Counted from the stretch's first letter, positions 10,519-20,445 are shown. The stretch is DNA of 64,000 nucleotides from an uncultured Actinomycetota bacterium (GCA_963754635.1 CAVWGM010000002.1:127345-191344); one strand, 5' to 3'. Notes: generated from the sequence alone by a model not told the origin. Translations and numbers: made by a program.

Positions 10519-11490
10519 TCAGTCGGTCGAGCGGATGACGAACTCCTCGGTGGCCGGCGCGGGATCGGCGCTCGGACGGTAGATGTCGGGTTCGAGGTAG
10601 ATCACCCGGGCGGTGGGTACCGCGGCGCGCATGCGCGTCTCGATTCGGTCGATGTCGGCGGCGACGGCGGCGAGCGACTTGTCTGACGTGTAGCCGATCT
10701 TCGCGGCGACCAGCAGCTCGTCGGGGCCGAGGTAGAGCGTCTTGACGTGGATCAGCTTGTCGACCTCGGGACCGGTCGTGATGGCATCGACGATCCGCGC
10801 GTGGTCGCCTTCCGTCGCGCCCTCCCCGACCAGCAGGCTCTTCGTCTCCAGCCCGAGAACGATCGCGATCAGGATGAGAAGCGTTCCGATCATCAGCGTG
10901 CCGATCGCGTCGAACACGGGGTTGCCCGTGATCACCGTCAGGCCGACGCCGATCAGCGCGAAGACCAAGCCGATGAGGGCGCCGATGTCCTCGAGCAGGA
11001 CGACTGGAAGCTCGGGCGCCTTGGCGTGACGGACGAACGACACCCACGACTGGCCCTTGGCCCGCACGTGATTGCTCTCCCTGACGGCGGTGCGCAGCGA
11101 GAAGGACTCGAGGACGATGGCGACCGAGAGCACCACGAGCGGCAGCCACCACCAGCGCTCGTCGAGGCCGTGGGGGTGCCGGAGCTTGTCGACGCCCTCG
11201 TAGATGGCGAAGAGCCCGCCGACGGAGAACAGGATGATCGACACGACGAAGGCGTAGACGTACCGCTCGCGCCCGTAGCCGAACGGGTGCTCGCGGTCTG
11301 CGGCGCGCTTGGCACGGCGGCCGCCCAGCAGGAGGAGCAGCTGGTTGCACGAGTCGGCGACCGAGTGGATCGCCTCGGCCAGCATCGATGCTGAGCCCGA
11401 CAGCGCCCAGGCGATGAACTTCGCCACCGCGATGCCCATGTTCGCCAGGAACGCCGCGATGATCGCCTTGCCGCCGCCGGAAGCACTCAT
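10519..11490 (-). CDS. Cation diffusion facilitator family transporter
   Basis: AEAIHSVADSCNQ (HxxxD) and REHPFGYGRERY motifs, six TM segments and a C-terminal cytoplasmic domain. Confidence 0.9.
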   Translation of the reverse strand: MSASGGGKAIIAAFLANMGIAVAKFIAWALSGSASMLAEAIHSVADSCNQLLLLLGGRRAKRAADREHPFGYGRERYVYAFVVSIILFSVGGLFAIYEGVDKLRHPHGLDERWWWLPLVVLSVAIVLESFSLRTAVRESNHVRAKGQSWVSFVRHAKAPELPVVLLEDIGALIGLVFALIGVGLTVITGNPVFDAIGTLMIGTLLILIAIVLGLETKSLLVGEGATEGDHARIVDAITTGPEVDKLIHVKTLYLGPDELLVAAKIGYTSDKSLAAVAADIDRIETRMRAAVPTARVIYLEPDIYRPSADPAPATEEFVIRSTD

Positions 11491-11539
11491 GGCATGAGTC
11501 TACGGATCCCGCGGGCCGCGGCATCCGGGTTGACGAGGC

Positions 11540-12652
11540 TCAGTTCTCCGACCTCAAGAAGATGGCCTCGGTCGTCGGCGCGGGATCCGCGGGCCGCCCG
11601 ACGTACCCGATCACGGTCAGCAGGGCATGGCGGAACTCGGCCGGACGCTCGAGGTGCGGGGTGTGCCCGACGTCCTCGAGGCTGCGCTCGGTCACCCGGC
11701 CTCCGGCGGCGGAGTACCGGGCGAGCACGTCGCGCATCTGCGTGACCATGGGCTGCGGCGGAGCGGTCTCCTCGCCGGGCCAGCCCGGCACGATCCCCAG
11801 CTTGCCCAGGTTGTTGACGTCGTACAGGGAGGCGTCGGAGATGATCGGGTCCAGCGCGCCGTGAACCCACAGCACCGGTGGCTTGTCGGCGATGTCGACG
11901 ATGCCCGACAGGTCGCAGTGCTTCGGAGCCATCGCGTTGAGCACGCCGATCGTTCCCGGGGCGAAGCCGGGCCAGCGTTCGGTCGGCGCACTGTCGCCGG
12001 GGTAGTTGCCCGTCGCCGTCGAGGTGGAGAGCATGGAGGCGACCCACACGTCCTCGTCCTCGCTCGTGAAGCCGGGGGCGACGTAGCTCGATCGGAACAC
12101 GTTTCGCGGCGACGTCGGAGCCTCGTCCGACGCGTCGTGATCGATGAGGCGCTGGACGAAGTCGGGGTTCGCCCGGCCGCCGCCGCATCCGGCGTCGTCG
12201 TCGGTGAGACGCGACCCGTCGCGACGCGTCGGTCCGGCCCCGAAGGGCGAGAGTGGCGACTCGAGCGTCAGGCTGAGCGCGCCGTGGTCGATCGCATACT
12301 GCATCACGACGCCGCCGCCCATCGACCACCCCACGAGGTGCGCGCGGGCGATGCCCAGGGCCGCCAGAGCGGCGTGGACGTCGTCGCTGAAGTCGCGAAG
12401 GCCGCGCGTCGCGTCGATGGGGGCGTGCTCGGTGCCGCCGTAGCCGCGCAGGTCGATCGCGATCACGCGCAGATCGGTGGGCAGGTCCTGCATCAGGTGC
12501 TGCCAGAACAGCGACGACGACACGTCCCCATGGACGAGGACGACCGTGCGGTCCGGAGGGGTTGCCGGGTCGTCGCCGATGCGCTCGAGGATGTTGACGT
12601 TCAGGCGGGACGTGTCGATGACCCGCGCCGTGATGCCGTCGAAGAGAGACAT
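11540..12652 (-). CDS. Alpha/beta hydrolase
   Basis: VVLVHGD..FW and a nucleophile elbow GWSMGG. Confidence 0.8.
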   Translation of the reverse strand: MSLFDGITARVIDTSRLNVNILERIGDDPATPPDRTVVLVHGDVSSSLFWQHLMQDLPTDLRVIAIDLRGYGGTEHAPIDATRGLRDFSDDVHAALAALGIARAHLVGWSMGGGVVMQYAIDHGALSLTLESPLSPFGAGPTRRDGSRLTDDDAGCGGGRANPDFVQRLIDHDASDEAPTSPRNVFRSSYVAPGFTSEDEDVWVASMLSTSTATGNYPGDSAPTERWPGFAPGTIGVLNAMAPKHCDLSGIVDIADKPPVLWVHGALDPIISDASLYDVNNLGKLGIVPGWPGEETAPPQPMVTQMRDVLARYSAAGGRVTERSLEDVGHTPHLERPAEFRHALLTVIGYVGRPADPAPTTEAIFLRSEN

Positions 12653-12773
12653 GCCCGACCTCCCCTGGTCCGCCTCCGGAGACGACCTCGCCGCCGGTGA
12701 TCCCGACTATAGCCGCGGGCGACCCCGGAGTGAACGGACCGCGGTCCGCGCGGTGGTGTCGCATGCGCGCTCG

Positions 12774-12779
12774 TAGGAT
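12774..12779 (+). promoter_or_regulatory. -10 box TAGGAT, 6 nt upstream of the proC ATG (leaderless-type promoter)
   Basis: TAGGAT, then tgcgcc, then ATG. No Shine-Dalgarno sequence is present. Confidence 0.5.
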
Positions 12780-12785
12780 TGCGCC

Positions 12786-13628
12786 ATGTCTGATGCCACA
12801 CCGCTGCCCCCCATCGCGATCCTCGGCGCCGGCTCGATGGGCGGCGCCATCCTCCACGGGCTCGTGGATTCGGGGCTCGCGGCCGGAGGCGTGACGGTCA
12901 CCAACCGCACCACGGCGAAGGCCGCCGAGCTGGCAGGGCTCCAGGGCGTGACGAGCGTCGCCCTCGAGGAGCAGCCGCAGGGCAATCAGGATGCCGCGGC
13001 CGCCGCCGACATCGTTCTCATCGGCGTGAAGCCGGCGATGGTCCCCGACCTGCTGCGCGAGATCGCACCGGTGCTGCGCCCCGGGACGATCGTGGTGAGC
13101 GTCGCGGCGGGCGTGACCATCGCGACATTCGAGGGCATCCTCGGCGACGACGTGGCGGTGCTTCGCTCGATGCCGAACACCCCGTCGCTCGTCGGCAAAG
13201 GCGTCACCGGGCTCGCCGCCGGCACCCGCGCCGGCGCTGCCCAGACGGCGGTCGTGCGAAGCCTGTTCGAGACGGTCGGGAAGGTCATCGAGGTTCCCGA
13301 GACGCAGATCGACCCGCTGTCGACGATCTCGGGGTCGGGTCCCGCGTACTTCTTCCTCCTGGTGGAGGAGTTCACCAAGGCCGCGCGCGCCCAGGGTTTC
13401 GGCGAGTCCGACGCGCGGCTCATGGCGGAGCAGACCTTCATCGGCGCCGCGGCGCTGCTCGCGGCATCCGGTGACGACCCGGCCGAGCTGCGGCGACGCG
13501 TGACCAGCCCCAAGGGCACCACCGAGCGCGCCGTCGCGGTGCTGCACGAGGCGCGTCTGGACGACGTGTTCGCGCGGGCAGCCTCCGCCGCGCTCGCGCG
13601 CGCGAAGGAACTCGCCGCCGGCGCTTAG
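12786..13628 (+). CDS. proC: Pyrroline-5-carboxylate reductase
   Basis: Rossmann motif ILGAGSMGGAI and the C-terminal SPKGTTERAV. Confidence 0.95.
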   Translation: MSDATPLPPIAILGAGSMGGAILHGLVDSGLAAGGVTVTNRTTAKAAELAGLQGVTSVALEEQPQGNQDAAAAADIVLIGVKPAMVPDLLREIAPVLRPGTIVVSVAAGVTIATFEGILGDDVAVLRSMPNTPSLVGKGVTGLAAGTRAGAAQTAVVRSLFETVGKVIEVPETQIDPLSTISGSGPAYFFLLVEEFTKAARAQGFGESDARLMAEQTFIGAAALLAASGDDPAELRRRVTSPKGTTERAVAVLHEARLDDVFARAASAALARAKELAAGA

Positions 13629-14296
13629 CGGTCGAGGGCCGCGAACCGCTCGATGTCGGAGTTCGTGCCCGACACGATGATGAGGTCGTGGTTCGTCACG
13701 ACGGTCGCGGCCTCCGCGTAGCGGAAGGGCTTCCCGGGGCTCTTCACGCCGACGACGGTCACGTTGTACTTCGACCGCACTCCGGACTCGTTCAGGCCCA
13801 CGCCGCGGATGAACTTCGGCGGGTACATCTTTGCGAGGACGAAGTCGTCGTCGAACCGGATGAAGTCCAGCATCCGGCCGCTCACCAGATGCGCCACGCG
13901 CTCACCGGCCTCGCGCTCGGGGTAGATCACGTGGTTGGCGCCGACGCGGGCCAGGATCTTGCCGTGCGACTGCGAGACCGCCTTCGCCCAGATCTGAGGG
14001 ACCTTCAGGTCGACGAGGTTGGCCGTGATGAGCACGGATGCCTCGATCGACGAGCCCACCGCCACGACGGCGACCTGGAAGTCCTGTGCGCCGATCTGCT
14101 TGAGGGAGTCGATGTTCTTCGCGTCGGCCTGGACCGTGTGGGTCACGCGCTCCGACCACTTCTGCACGAGCTCGAGGTTGTCGTCGATGGCGAGCACCTC
14201 GCGGTCGAGGCGATCGAGCTCGCCCGCGCACGCGGCGCCGAAGCGCCCGAGTCCGATGACCAGGACGGGAGCGTCGCTGCGGATCCGTTCAACCAA
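13625..14296 (-). CDS. trkA: TrkA/KtrA-type K+ transport NAD-binding regulatory subunit
   Basis: VIGLGRFGAACAGEL (GxGxxG) RCK N and C domains. It overlaps the TrkH-type gene by 8 nt. Confidence 0.9.
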   Translation of the reverse strand: MVERIRSDAPVLVIGLGRFGAACAGELDRLDREVLAIDDNLELVQKWSERVTHTVQADAKNIDSLKQIGAQDFQVAVVAVGSSIEASVLITANLVDLKVPQIWAKAVSQSHGKILARVGANHVIYPEREAGERVAHLVSGRMLDFIRFDDDFVLAKMYPPKFIRGVGLNESGVRSKYNVTVVGVKSPGKPFRYAEAATVVTNHDLIIVSGTNSDIERFAALDR

Positions 14297-15761
14297 CGAT
14301 CGGCCTTTCCACCGGCAGCGAGTAGAGCTGCGAACGGGATGTCGCGGCCACTGCCGCGGCGAGTGTCACTGTACCAATGCGCCCCATGAAGATCGTCACG
14401 GCCATGACATAGACGCCCGGGTCGCTCAGTTCTGCCGTGAGTCCGGTGGACAGACCGACCGTGGCGAAGCCCGAGATGACATCGAAGAGCACATCCGCGA
14501 CCGGCGCCTGACTGATCTGGGCGATCGTGATCGTCGACAGTGCCACGATGGTCGCACCCCAGGCCACGACCGACAGCGCGACGCGCTGGACATCGCTCGG
14601 GATGCGGCGGCCGAACGCCTCGACGGACTGGCGGCCCTTCGCCTCGGACCACACGGCCAGGGCGAGGACGGCCAGCGTCGTCACCTTGATGCCGCCGGCC
14701 GTCGACGCCGATCCGCCGCCGACGAACATGAGCATGGACCCGACGACGAGCGACGAGCCGTAGAGCTCGCCGACGTCGACGACGGCGAACCCGCCGGAGC
14801 GCGTCATGGCGGAGAGGAAGAACGCCTGGAAGGTGGTGTCCCACGCGTCCATCGACCCGAACGTCTTCGGGTTGTTGTACTCGAGGGCGAGGAACGCGGC
14901 TGCGCCGGCGACGAAGAGAAGCACCGTCGTGATGATGGTGAGCTTGGTGTGCAGTCCCCACTTGCGGAAGTGCCAGACGTGCTTCCACAGGGCGTAGATG
15001 ACGGGGAACCCGATGCTGCCGAGGAACACTCCGGCCATGAGCACCGTCAGGAGGAAGTAGTCGTCGGCGAACGGCGCGAGCCCGCCGGGGTTCGGGGTGA
15101 AGCCGGTGTTCGTGAAGGCCATCGCCGCGTAGAACGGCGCTTCCCACAGGGCCTCGAGCGGGCTGATGCCGGCGAAGATGAGCGACGGGTAGAGCGCGAC
15201 GGCGACGACCGCCTCGATCAGCAGAGTCGACAGGGCGACGGTGCGCAGCAGCGTGCCGACCTCGCCGAGGCGTACCGTCTGGCCCTCGTTGACCGGTCCG
15301 CCGTGCGAGCGGAGCGGGTTGGAGTCGCTTGCCGCGATGAGCTTGGCCCGCAGTCCGAGGCGCTTGGAGATGACAAGACCCAGGATCGACGCCAGCGTGA
15401 GGACGCCCATGCCGCCGATGTTGACGCCCAGGAAGATCACGACCTTGCCGAAGGGGGAGAAGGTCGTGGCGATGTCGACGGTGGTGAGGCCGGTGACGCA
15501 GATCGTCGAGACGGCGGTGAACACGGCGTCAGCCAGCGGCAGTCGCCGTCCGTTCGTCGAGGCCGCCGGGAGTGAGAGCAGCGCCGTGAACAGCAGGATC
15601 AGCATCACGAACACGAGGACCGCGAACCGCGCGGGCGAGGACGTGGTCAGATTGCGCATCCGGTCCCATGCGGCCTTCAGTGCCAAGGGCACGCGACGCA
15701 CGATCGACCCGGCCGGGTCAGTCGCCATTCCGTGCCCCTTTCGCTGTGAGACTCCCGTCAT
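14289..15761 (-). CDS. trkH: TrkH/KtrB-family K+ uptake membrane subunit
   Basis: Repeated M1-P-M2 units with selectivity-filter-like glycines (TNTGF, VGLSTG, STAGGIKV). Confidence 0.9.
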   Translation of the reverse strand: MTGVSQRKGHGMATDPAGSIVRRVPLALKAAWDRMRNLTTSSPARFAVLVFVMLILLFTALLSLPAASTNGRRLPLADAVFTAVSTICVTGLTTVDIATTFSPFGKVVIFLGVNIGGMGVLTLASILGLVISKRLGLRAKLIAASDSNPLRSHGGPVNEGQTVRLGEVGTLLRTVALSTLLIEAVVAVALYPSLIFAGISPLEALWEAPFYAAMAFTNTGFTPNPGGLAPFADDYFLLTVLMAGVFLGSIGFPVIYALWKHVWHFRKWGLHTKLTIITTVLLFVAGAAAFLALEYNNPKTFGSMDAWDTTFQAFFLSAMTRSGGFAVVDVGELYGSSLVVGSMLMFVGGGSASTAGGIKVTTLAVLALAVWSEAKGRQSVEAFGRRIPSDVQRVALSVVAWGATIVALSTITIAQISQAPVADVLFDVISGFATVGLSTGLTAELSDPGVYVMAVTIFMGRIGTVTLAAAVAATSRSQLYSLPVERPIVG

Positions 15762-15795
15762 GGTACTCCGCGGGGGTCCGGACTAATCTGAGCAC

Positions 15796-16200
15796 ATGGC
15801 GGACATCTTCGACGTGATCGCGGACGGCACGCGGCGCGACATCCTGCGACTTCTCCTCGAGCGCGCCACCGCCGGCGAACGGGGCACCAGCGTGTCGCAC
15901 ATCGTGCACGAACTCGGTGCGAGTCAGCCGACGGTGTCCAAGCACCTCAAGGTGCTGCGCGAAGCGCACCTCGTCTCGGTGCGCGAAGAGGGGCAGCATC
16001 GGTACTACAGCCTGTCGGCCGAGCCGCTCGACGAGGTGGACGACTGGCTGGTCCCGTTCCTCGGCGACGACGACGCTCCGCAGTACGCCGGCTCAGGGCT
16101 GACGGACTCGGCCGCGCACGCCGCCGACGTGGTGGGCCGTGCCGCGGCATCCGCCAAGCACGCCATCGAGAGCGCCTTCAAGAAGCTCCCCGGCCGCTGA
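15796..16200 (+). CDS. ArsR/SmtB-family transcriptional regulator
   Basis: Winged HTH: HIVHELGASQPTVSKHLKVLREAHLV. It is divergent from the trk operon, with only a 34-nt spacer. Confidence 0.85.
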   Translation: MADIFDVIADGTRRDILRLLLERATAGERGTSVSHIVHELGASQPTVSKHLKVLREAHLVSVREEGQHRYYSLSAEPLDEVDDWLVPFLGDDDAPQYAGSGLTDSAAHAADVVGRAAASAKHAIESAFKKLPGR

Positions 16201-16221
16201 TCCCCGGCCGCTGACCCACCC

Positions 16222-17028
16222 CTAGCGGCGCCCGGCCTTGCGGCGGAACAGCCATGCGCCCCAGGCGAACGACACCGCGAGGATCGCGACACACCAGCCG
16301 ACGCCCCACCATGCCTGCCCGGTCATGGGGGTCCCCATCAGCAGGGAGCGGATCGTCTCGATGATCGGCGTGACCGGCTGGTTGTCGGCGACCCACTGCA
16401 GCCACTCCGGCATGGTGTCCACGGGCACGAAGGCGCTCGAGAGGTACGGCAGGAACAGGATGACGAACCCGTAGGCGTTCGCCCCTTCCGGGCTTTTCGA
16501 GGCGAGGCCCAGGGCTGCGAACAGGTAGGTGATCGCAAGGATCCACAGGGCGATCATGCCCAGCGCGCCCAGCCAGCCGCCGAGATCGGCGGTGGGGCGG
16601 AAGCCGACCAGCAGCGCGACGCAGACGACGAGAGCCGTGGCGACGAGGTTGCGGGCGAGGCTGGCGATCACGTGCCCGGTGAGGACGGCGCTCGCCCGCA
16701 CCGGCATGGTGCGGAAGCGGTCGATGATGCCGGCCTTCATGTCGCTCGCGACATAGACCGCGGTGCTCGCGGCGCCGAAGCCGGCGCACAGCAGGATGAT
16801 GCCCGGCACGACGTAGTCGACGTAGCTGCCGGTGGGATCGATGGCGCCGCCGAACACCCACGTGAACATCAGCATGAGCATCACGGGGAGCATGATCGCC
16901 ATCAGCAGGGACTCGCCGTCGCGCAGCGAGTGGCGGAGGCTGCGCTCGACGAACACGCGCTCGGCGACGAGTCCCGAGATGCGCGGACGCAGCGACGGGG
17001 CATCGGGGGACAGGGTCAGGGTGGTCAT
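16222..17028 (-). CDS. ABC-2 type exporter permease
   Basis: Six-TM ABC-2 topology. It overlaps the upstream ATPase gene by 4 nt. Confidence 0.85.
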   Translation of the reverse strand: MTTLTLSPDAPSLRPRISGLVAERVFVERSLRHSLRDGESLLMAIMLPVMLMLMFTWVFGGAIDPTGSYVDYVVPGIILLCAGFGAASTAVYVASDMKAGIIDRFRTMPVRASAVLTGHVIASLARNLVATALVVCVALLVGFRPTADLGGWLGALGMIALWILAITYLFAALGLASKSPEGANAYGFVILFLPYLSSAFVPVDTMPEWLQWVADNQPVTPIIETIRSLLMGTPMTGQAWWGVGWCVAILAVSFAWGAWLFRRKAGRR

Positions 17029-17936
17029 GCTGTCTCCTTCAGGGATGCCGCGGCACCGGTGGCGGGCGAGGTGAGGGCGAGGAACACGTCGTCGAGGCTG
17101 GGGCGGCGGAGGCTCACGACGCCTTCGGCCCCCGACTCGTCCAGCACGTCCAGCGCACGGCGGAGGTCGGAGACGGTGCCGTCGGTCGGCACCTCTCGGA
17201 GCAGGTCGCCGTGCGCGTCGTGCAGCTCGACCGTGTCGCCGCCGACACGGGCCTTCAGCTGGGCGGCGGTGCCGGTTGCGACGACGCGGCCGCCGTCGAG
17301 CACCGCGATGCGGTCGGCCAGCTGGTCGGCCTCGTCGAGGTACTGGGTGGTGAGGAACACCGTGGTGCCCGCAGCGGCGAGCGATCGGATCACGTCCCAG
17401 AGCTCCCGGCGACTGCGGGTGTCGAGGCCCGTGGTCGGCTCGTCGAGGAAGAGCACCTCCGGCGTCACGACGAAGCTCAGCGCCAGGTCGAGCCGTCGCC
17501 GCATACCGCCGGAGTACGCGCCGACGCGCTTGGTCGCGGCATCCGCCAGATCGAAGCGATCCAGCAGCTCCGCCGCTCGACGCCTGGCGCCGCGGGCGGA
17601 GAGGCCCGAGAGGCGTCCGAGCATCACGACGTTCTCGGCGCCGGTGAGCACGTCGTCGACGGCGGCCGACTGGCCGGTGAGACTGATGCGCTGCTTCACC
17701 GCCGCCGGATCGCGGGCGACATCGATCCCGGCGACCATGGCCGTGCCCTCGTCCGGGCGGACGAGCGTGGTCAGCACGTTGATGGTGGTGGTCTTGCCCG
17801 CGCCGTTCGGCCCGAGCAGGGCGAAGACCTCGCCGCGCTGAACGGTCAGGTCGAGCCCGTCGAGCACGACCTGCTGACCGAAGGACTTCCGCACCCCCCG
17901 CACGTCGATCGCGGGCTGTGGAGTGGCTGGTGACAT
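17025..17936 (-). CDS. ABC transporter ATP-binding protein (DrrA-like)
   Basis: Walker A GPNGAGKTT, signature YSGGMRRRL, Walker B VLFLDEPTTGLD. ATG at 17936 (MSPATPQP..). Confidence 0.9.
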   Translation of the reverse strand: MSPATPQPAIDVRGVRKSFGQQVVLDGLDLTVQRGEVFALLGPNGAGKTTTINVLTTLVRPDEGTAMVAGIDVARDPAAVKQRISLTGQSAAVDDVLTGAENVVMLGRLSGLSARGARRRAAELLDRFDLADAATKRVGAYSGGMRRRLDLALSFVVTPEVLFLDEPTTGLDTRSRRELWDVIRSLAAAGTTVFLTTQYLDEADQLADRIAVLDGGRVVATGTAAQLKARVGGDTVELHDAHGDLLREVPTDGTVSDLRRALDVLDESGAEGVVSLRRPSLDDVFLALTSPATGAAASLKETA

Positions 17937-17986
17937 GGCGGCTTCCCGTCTCTGTGTAGTGAAGACACTGCGCGTGTATCGACGAA

Positions 17987-18027
17987 ACTGTTTATGACAG
18001 TAACACACTGTTTACTTCATACACAGT
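17987..18027. promoter_or_regulatory. Putative TetR operators in the AT-richer divergent promoter region
   Basis: ACTGT-N5-ACAGT at 17987-18001 and ACTGT-N11-ACAGT at 18007-18027. ACTGTTTA is repeated 20 bp apart. A TAGACT -10 box lies at 18030-18035. Confidence 0.45.
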
Positions 18028-18041
18028 CCTAGACTGGCGAC

Positions 18042-18968
18042 ATGACGGATGACGCTGAGATCGAGCTCCCCCGGGGGGTCGCCCTCGCCTGGGGCGTCGC
18101 CGCCGACCCGCAGCGCGGACCCAAGCGCGAGATGAGCGTGGAGCGGATCGTCGAGACGGCGGTCGAGATCGCCGACGCCGACGGCCTGAGCGCCGTGTCG
18201 ATGGCGGCCGTCGCCGCCCGGCTGGGCTTCACCCCGATGTCGCTCTACCGCTACGTCACGGCCAAGGACGACCTGATCCTGCTGATGCAGGAGGAGGCCA
18301 CCGGCCTTCCGCCCGCCGACATGCGCGAGGGGGAGTGGCGGTCGAGGCTCGAGAAGCTTTACCACGCGCAGGTGCAGCAGTATCTGCGGCATCCCTGGGT
18401 GCTCGACGTCCCCATCAGCGGCTCGCCGGCGACTCCCCACAGCGCGGCCTGGATGGATGCCGGACTCGCCGCGCTCGCCGGCACTCCGCTGTCGCACAAC
18501 GACCGCCTCGCAGTGATGCTGCTGGTGACTGGGCATGCCCGCTGGACCGGAATCGTCCTCGCGGGGTATGCGCGCACGGAGCGGACCACCGGCGAGAACG
18601 ACACCGACATCGCGCAGCGCGAGGACGCGCTCTACCGTCAGCTCATCACGGCCGACGAGTACCCGGAGCTGCGCGCCGCGATCGACGCGGGCGTGTTCCT
18701 CGACAACTCCGACCCGTTCTGGTTCGGCATCGCGCGAGGGCTCGACGGCGTGGCGACGTACATGGCGGCGGTTGCGGAAGGGCGGCCGGAGCCGGCCAGG
18801 CCGTGGCAGGCGGCCGAGGACGCGGAGATCGCCGCGGACAAGAAGTTCCGCGAGGCGCGCAAGGCAGTGCGTGACGCGGAGAAGGCTCTGCGCGACGCCC
18901 AGACGAGCGCACGCCAGGCCGCCCGCGACGCGCGCGAGCGGCTGTCGCGGGGGCGGGCGGCGGGATGA
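18042..18968 (+). CDS. TetR-family regulator with a long charged C-terminal tail
   Basis: HTH SMAAVAARLGFTPMSLYRYV. The last ~60 aa are a Lys/Arg/Ala-rich helical tail. It is divergent from the ABC-2 exporter. Confidence 0.85.
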   Translation: MTDDAEIELPRGVALAWGVAADPQRGPKREMSVERIVETAVEIADADGLSAVSMAAVAARLGFTPMSLYRYVTAKDDLILLMQEEATGLPPADMREGEWRSRLEKLYHAQVQQYLRHPWVLDVPISGSPATPHSAAWMDAGLAALAGTPLSHNDRLAVMLLVTGHARWTGIVLAGYARTERTTGENDTDIAQREDALYRQLITADEYPELRAAIDAGVFLDNSDPFWFGIARGLDGVATYMAAVAEGRPEPARPWQAAEDAEIAADKKFREARKAVRDAEKALRDAQTSARQAARDARERLSRGRAAG

Positions 18969-19064
18969 GAGGGCGACGCCTCATGGTTCTCACCAGTCAC
19001 AGCGGTTTACACGCGCCCCTCGGGCGCTCTACAGTGTGGACAGCACTCTGGGGAAAGGACTGAC

Positions 19065-19256
19065 ATGGCGGAGCTGCCCGACGTTCGCTTCCTCACCGTC
19101 GCCGAGGTCGCGGAGCTCATGCGCGTCTCGAAGATGACGGTCTACCGCCTCGTGCACTCCGGCGAGCTCCCTGCGGTGCGTTTCGGCCGCAGCTACCGGG
19201 TCCCCGAGTCCGCCGTCACAGCGGCCCTGCATCGGCCGATCGCCGACGTCGGCTAG
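19065..19256 (+). CDS. Small excisionase/MerR-like HTH DNA-binding protein (M. tuberculosis Rv0500A-like)
   Basis: LTVAEVAELMRVSKMTVYRLVHSGELPAVRFGRSYRV. Confidence 0.8.
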   Translation: MAELPDVRFLTVAEVAELMRVSKMTVYRLVHSGELPAVRFGRSYRVPESAVTAALHRPIADVG

Positions 19257-19336
19257 ACTGTCCCGAGGCATTTTCCGATCTGCCCGACCCGGGCGCGCAC
19301 GAGCTGCGCCCAGACCCCGACATTGTGAGGTTTTCC

Positions 19337-19435
19337 GTGGGTTCAGTCATCAAGAAGCGCCGCAAGCGCATGGCGAAGAAGAAGCACCGCAAGCTGCTTC
19401 GCAAGACGCGCCACCAGCGCCGCAACAAGAAGTAA
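19337..19435 (+). CDS. Ribosomal protein bS22 (actinobacterial 30S subunit protein, Rv0500B-like)
   Basis: Not in the ORF track. GTG 19337 to TAA 19435 encodes VGSVIKKRRKRMAKKKHRKLLRKTRHQRRNKK (32 aa). Confidence 0.85.
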   Translation: MGSVIKKRRKRMAKKKHRKLLRKTRHQRRNKK

Positions 19436-19452
19436 GCGGCACAACGACACCA

Positions 19453-19492
19453 AGCGTCCCCCGACCGGTCCTGACCTGTCGACGGGGGCGCT
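19453..19492 (+). terminator. Intrinsic terminator-like hairpin downstream of the bS22 gene
   Basis: AGCGTCCCCCG, a 19-nt loop, then CGGGGGCGCT, followed by TCGTGTGTG. Confidence 0.55.
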
Positions 19493-19525
19493 TCGTGTGT
19501 GCCGACTCCGACTCGAAAGGCCTCC

Positions 19526-19819
19526 ATGCAGACCATCACCGTCCACCAGCTCCGTGAGCGTGCCGGCACTCCGCTGATCGACGTGCGGGAGACAGGGGAG
19601 TTCGAGGCCGGGCGCGTGCCGGGTGCCGTGAACCTGCCCATGTCGACGATCGGCGAGCATCTCGACGAGCTGCCCGACGGCGCCTTCGACGTGATCTGCA
19701 AGGTCGGCGGACGCTCCGGGCGCGTCGTGGAGGCCCTCACCGCCCGCGGATACGACGCCACGAACGTCGACGGCGGCACGGACGAATGGATCGCGGCCGG
19801 CTACCCCCTCGAGGTCTGA
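19526..19819 (+). CDS. Rhodanese-like sulfurtransferase domain protein
   Basis: Active-site loop CKVGGRS. ATG 19526 with GAAAGG upstream. Confidence 0.85.
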   Translation: MQTITVHQLRERAGTPLIDVRETGEFEAGRVPGAVNLPMSTIGEHLDELPDGAFDVICKVGGRSGRVVEALTARGYDATNVDGGTDEWIAAGYPLEV

Positions 19820-19854
19820 GCCGCGGCATCCGTCCCCGCTTCTAGACTGAAGCG

Positions 19855-20118
19855 GTGACGACGACCCTCACCCTCATCGGCAAGCCGGACTGCCATCTGT
19901 GCGACGTCGCGCGCGAGGTCGTCGAGACGGTCGTGGCTGATCTGCCGGAGGATGCCGTCGAGGTCGAGGAGCTCTCGATCGCCGATGACCCCGCGCTGTA
20001 CGCCGCCTGGTGGGAGAAGATCCCGGTGGTGCTCATCGACGGGGCGCTGCACGGACACTGGCGCGTCTCACCCGACCGGTTGCGTGCCGCGCTCGCCGAG
20101 GCGATCCCGGCTGCCTGA
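19855..20118 (+). CDS. Glutaredoxin-like (DUF836-type) protein
   Basis: CxxC motif (KPDCHLC) and IPVVLIDG. Confidence 0.8.
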   Translation: MTTTLTLIGKPDCHLCDVAREVVETVVADLPEDAVEVEELSIADDPALYAAWWEKIPVVLIDGALHGHWRVSPDRLRAALAEAIPAA

Positions 20119-20127
20119 GAACCTGAC

Positions 20128-20304
20128 TCAGCGCTCGACGAGGTCGGCGCCGGGAGCGTTCGTGCGGACCGACTCGATCCCGCTCAGCGCCGACGACTTG
20201 GAGGCGTAGCTCTCGCTCGCTGCGATGACCTGGCCGTTGGACGCGAGCAGGTTGAAGCGCCACTGCCCGCCCTTGTCCGTGAACAGCTCGAACTTCCCTG
20301 CCAT
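20128..20304 (-). CDS. YegP-family (DUF1508) small protein
   Basis: Not in the ORF track. My translation is MAGKFELFTDKGGQWRFNLLASNGQVIAASESYASKSSALSGIESVRTNAPGADLVER. AAGGAG sits upstream. Confidence 0.8.
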   Translation of the reverse strand: MAGKFELFTDKGGQWRFNLLASNGQVIAASESYASKSSALSGIESVRTNAPGADLVER

Positions 20305-20445
20305 GGCACATCTCCTTCGTCGGTCGTCCGGGCGCTGATCGGATGCCGCGCCCGCGGCGTGTCACGCCGCGTTCACGGTATCGGCGCACAGGTCCGGGCG
20401 GAAGGGCCGCGTCGGGCGCGTGTCAGAGCCGCGCCGCGCGCGCGG

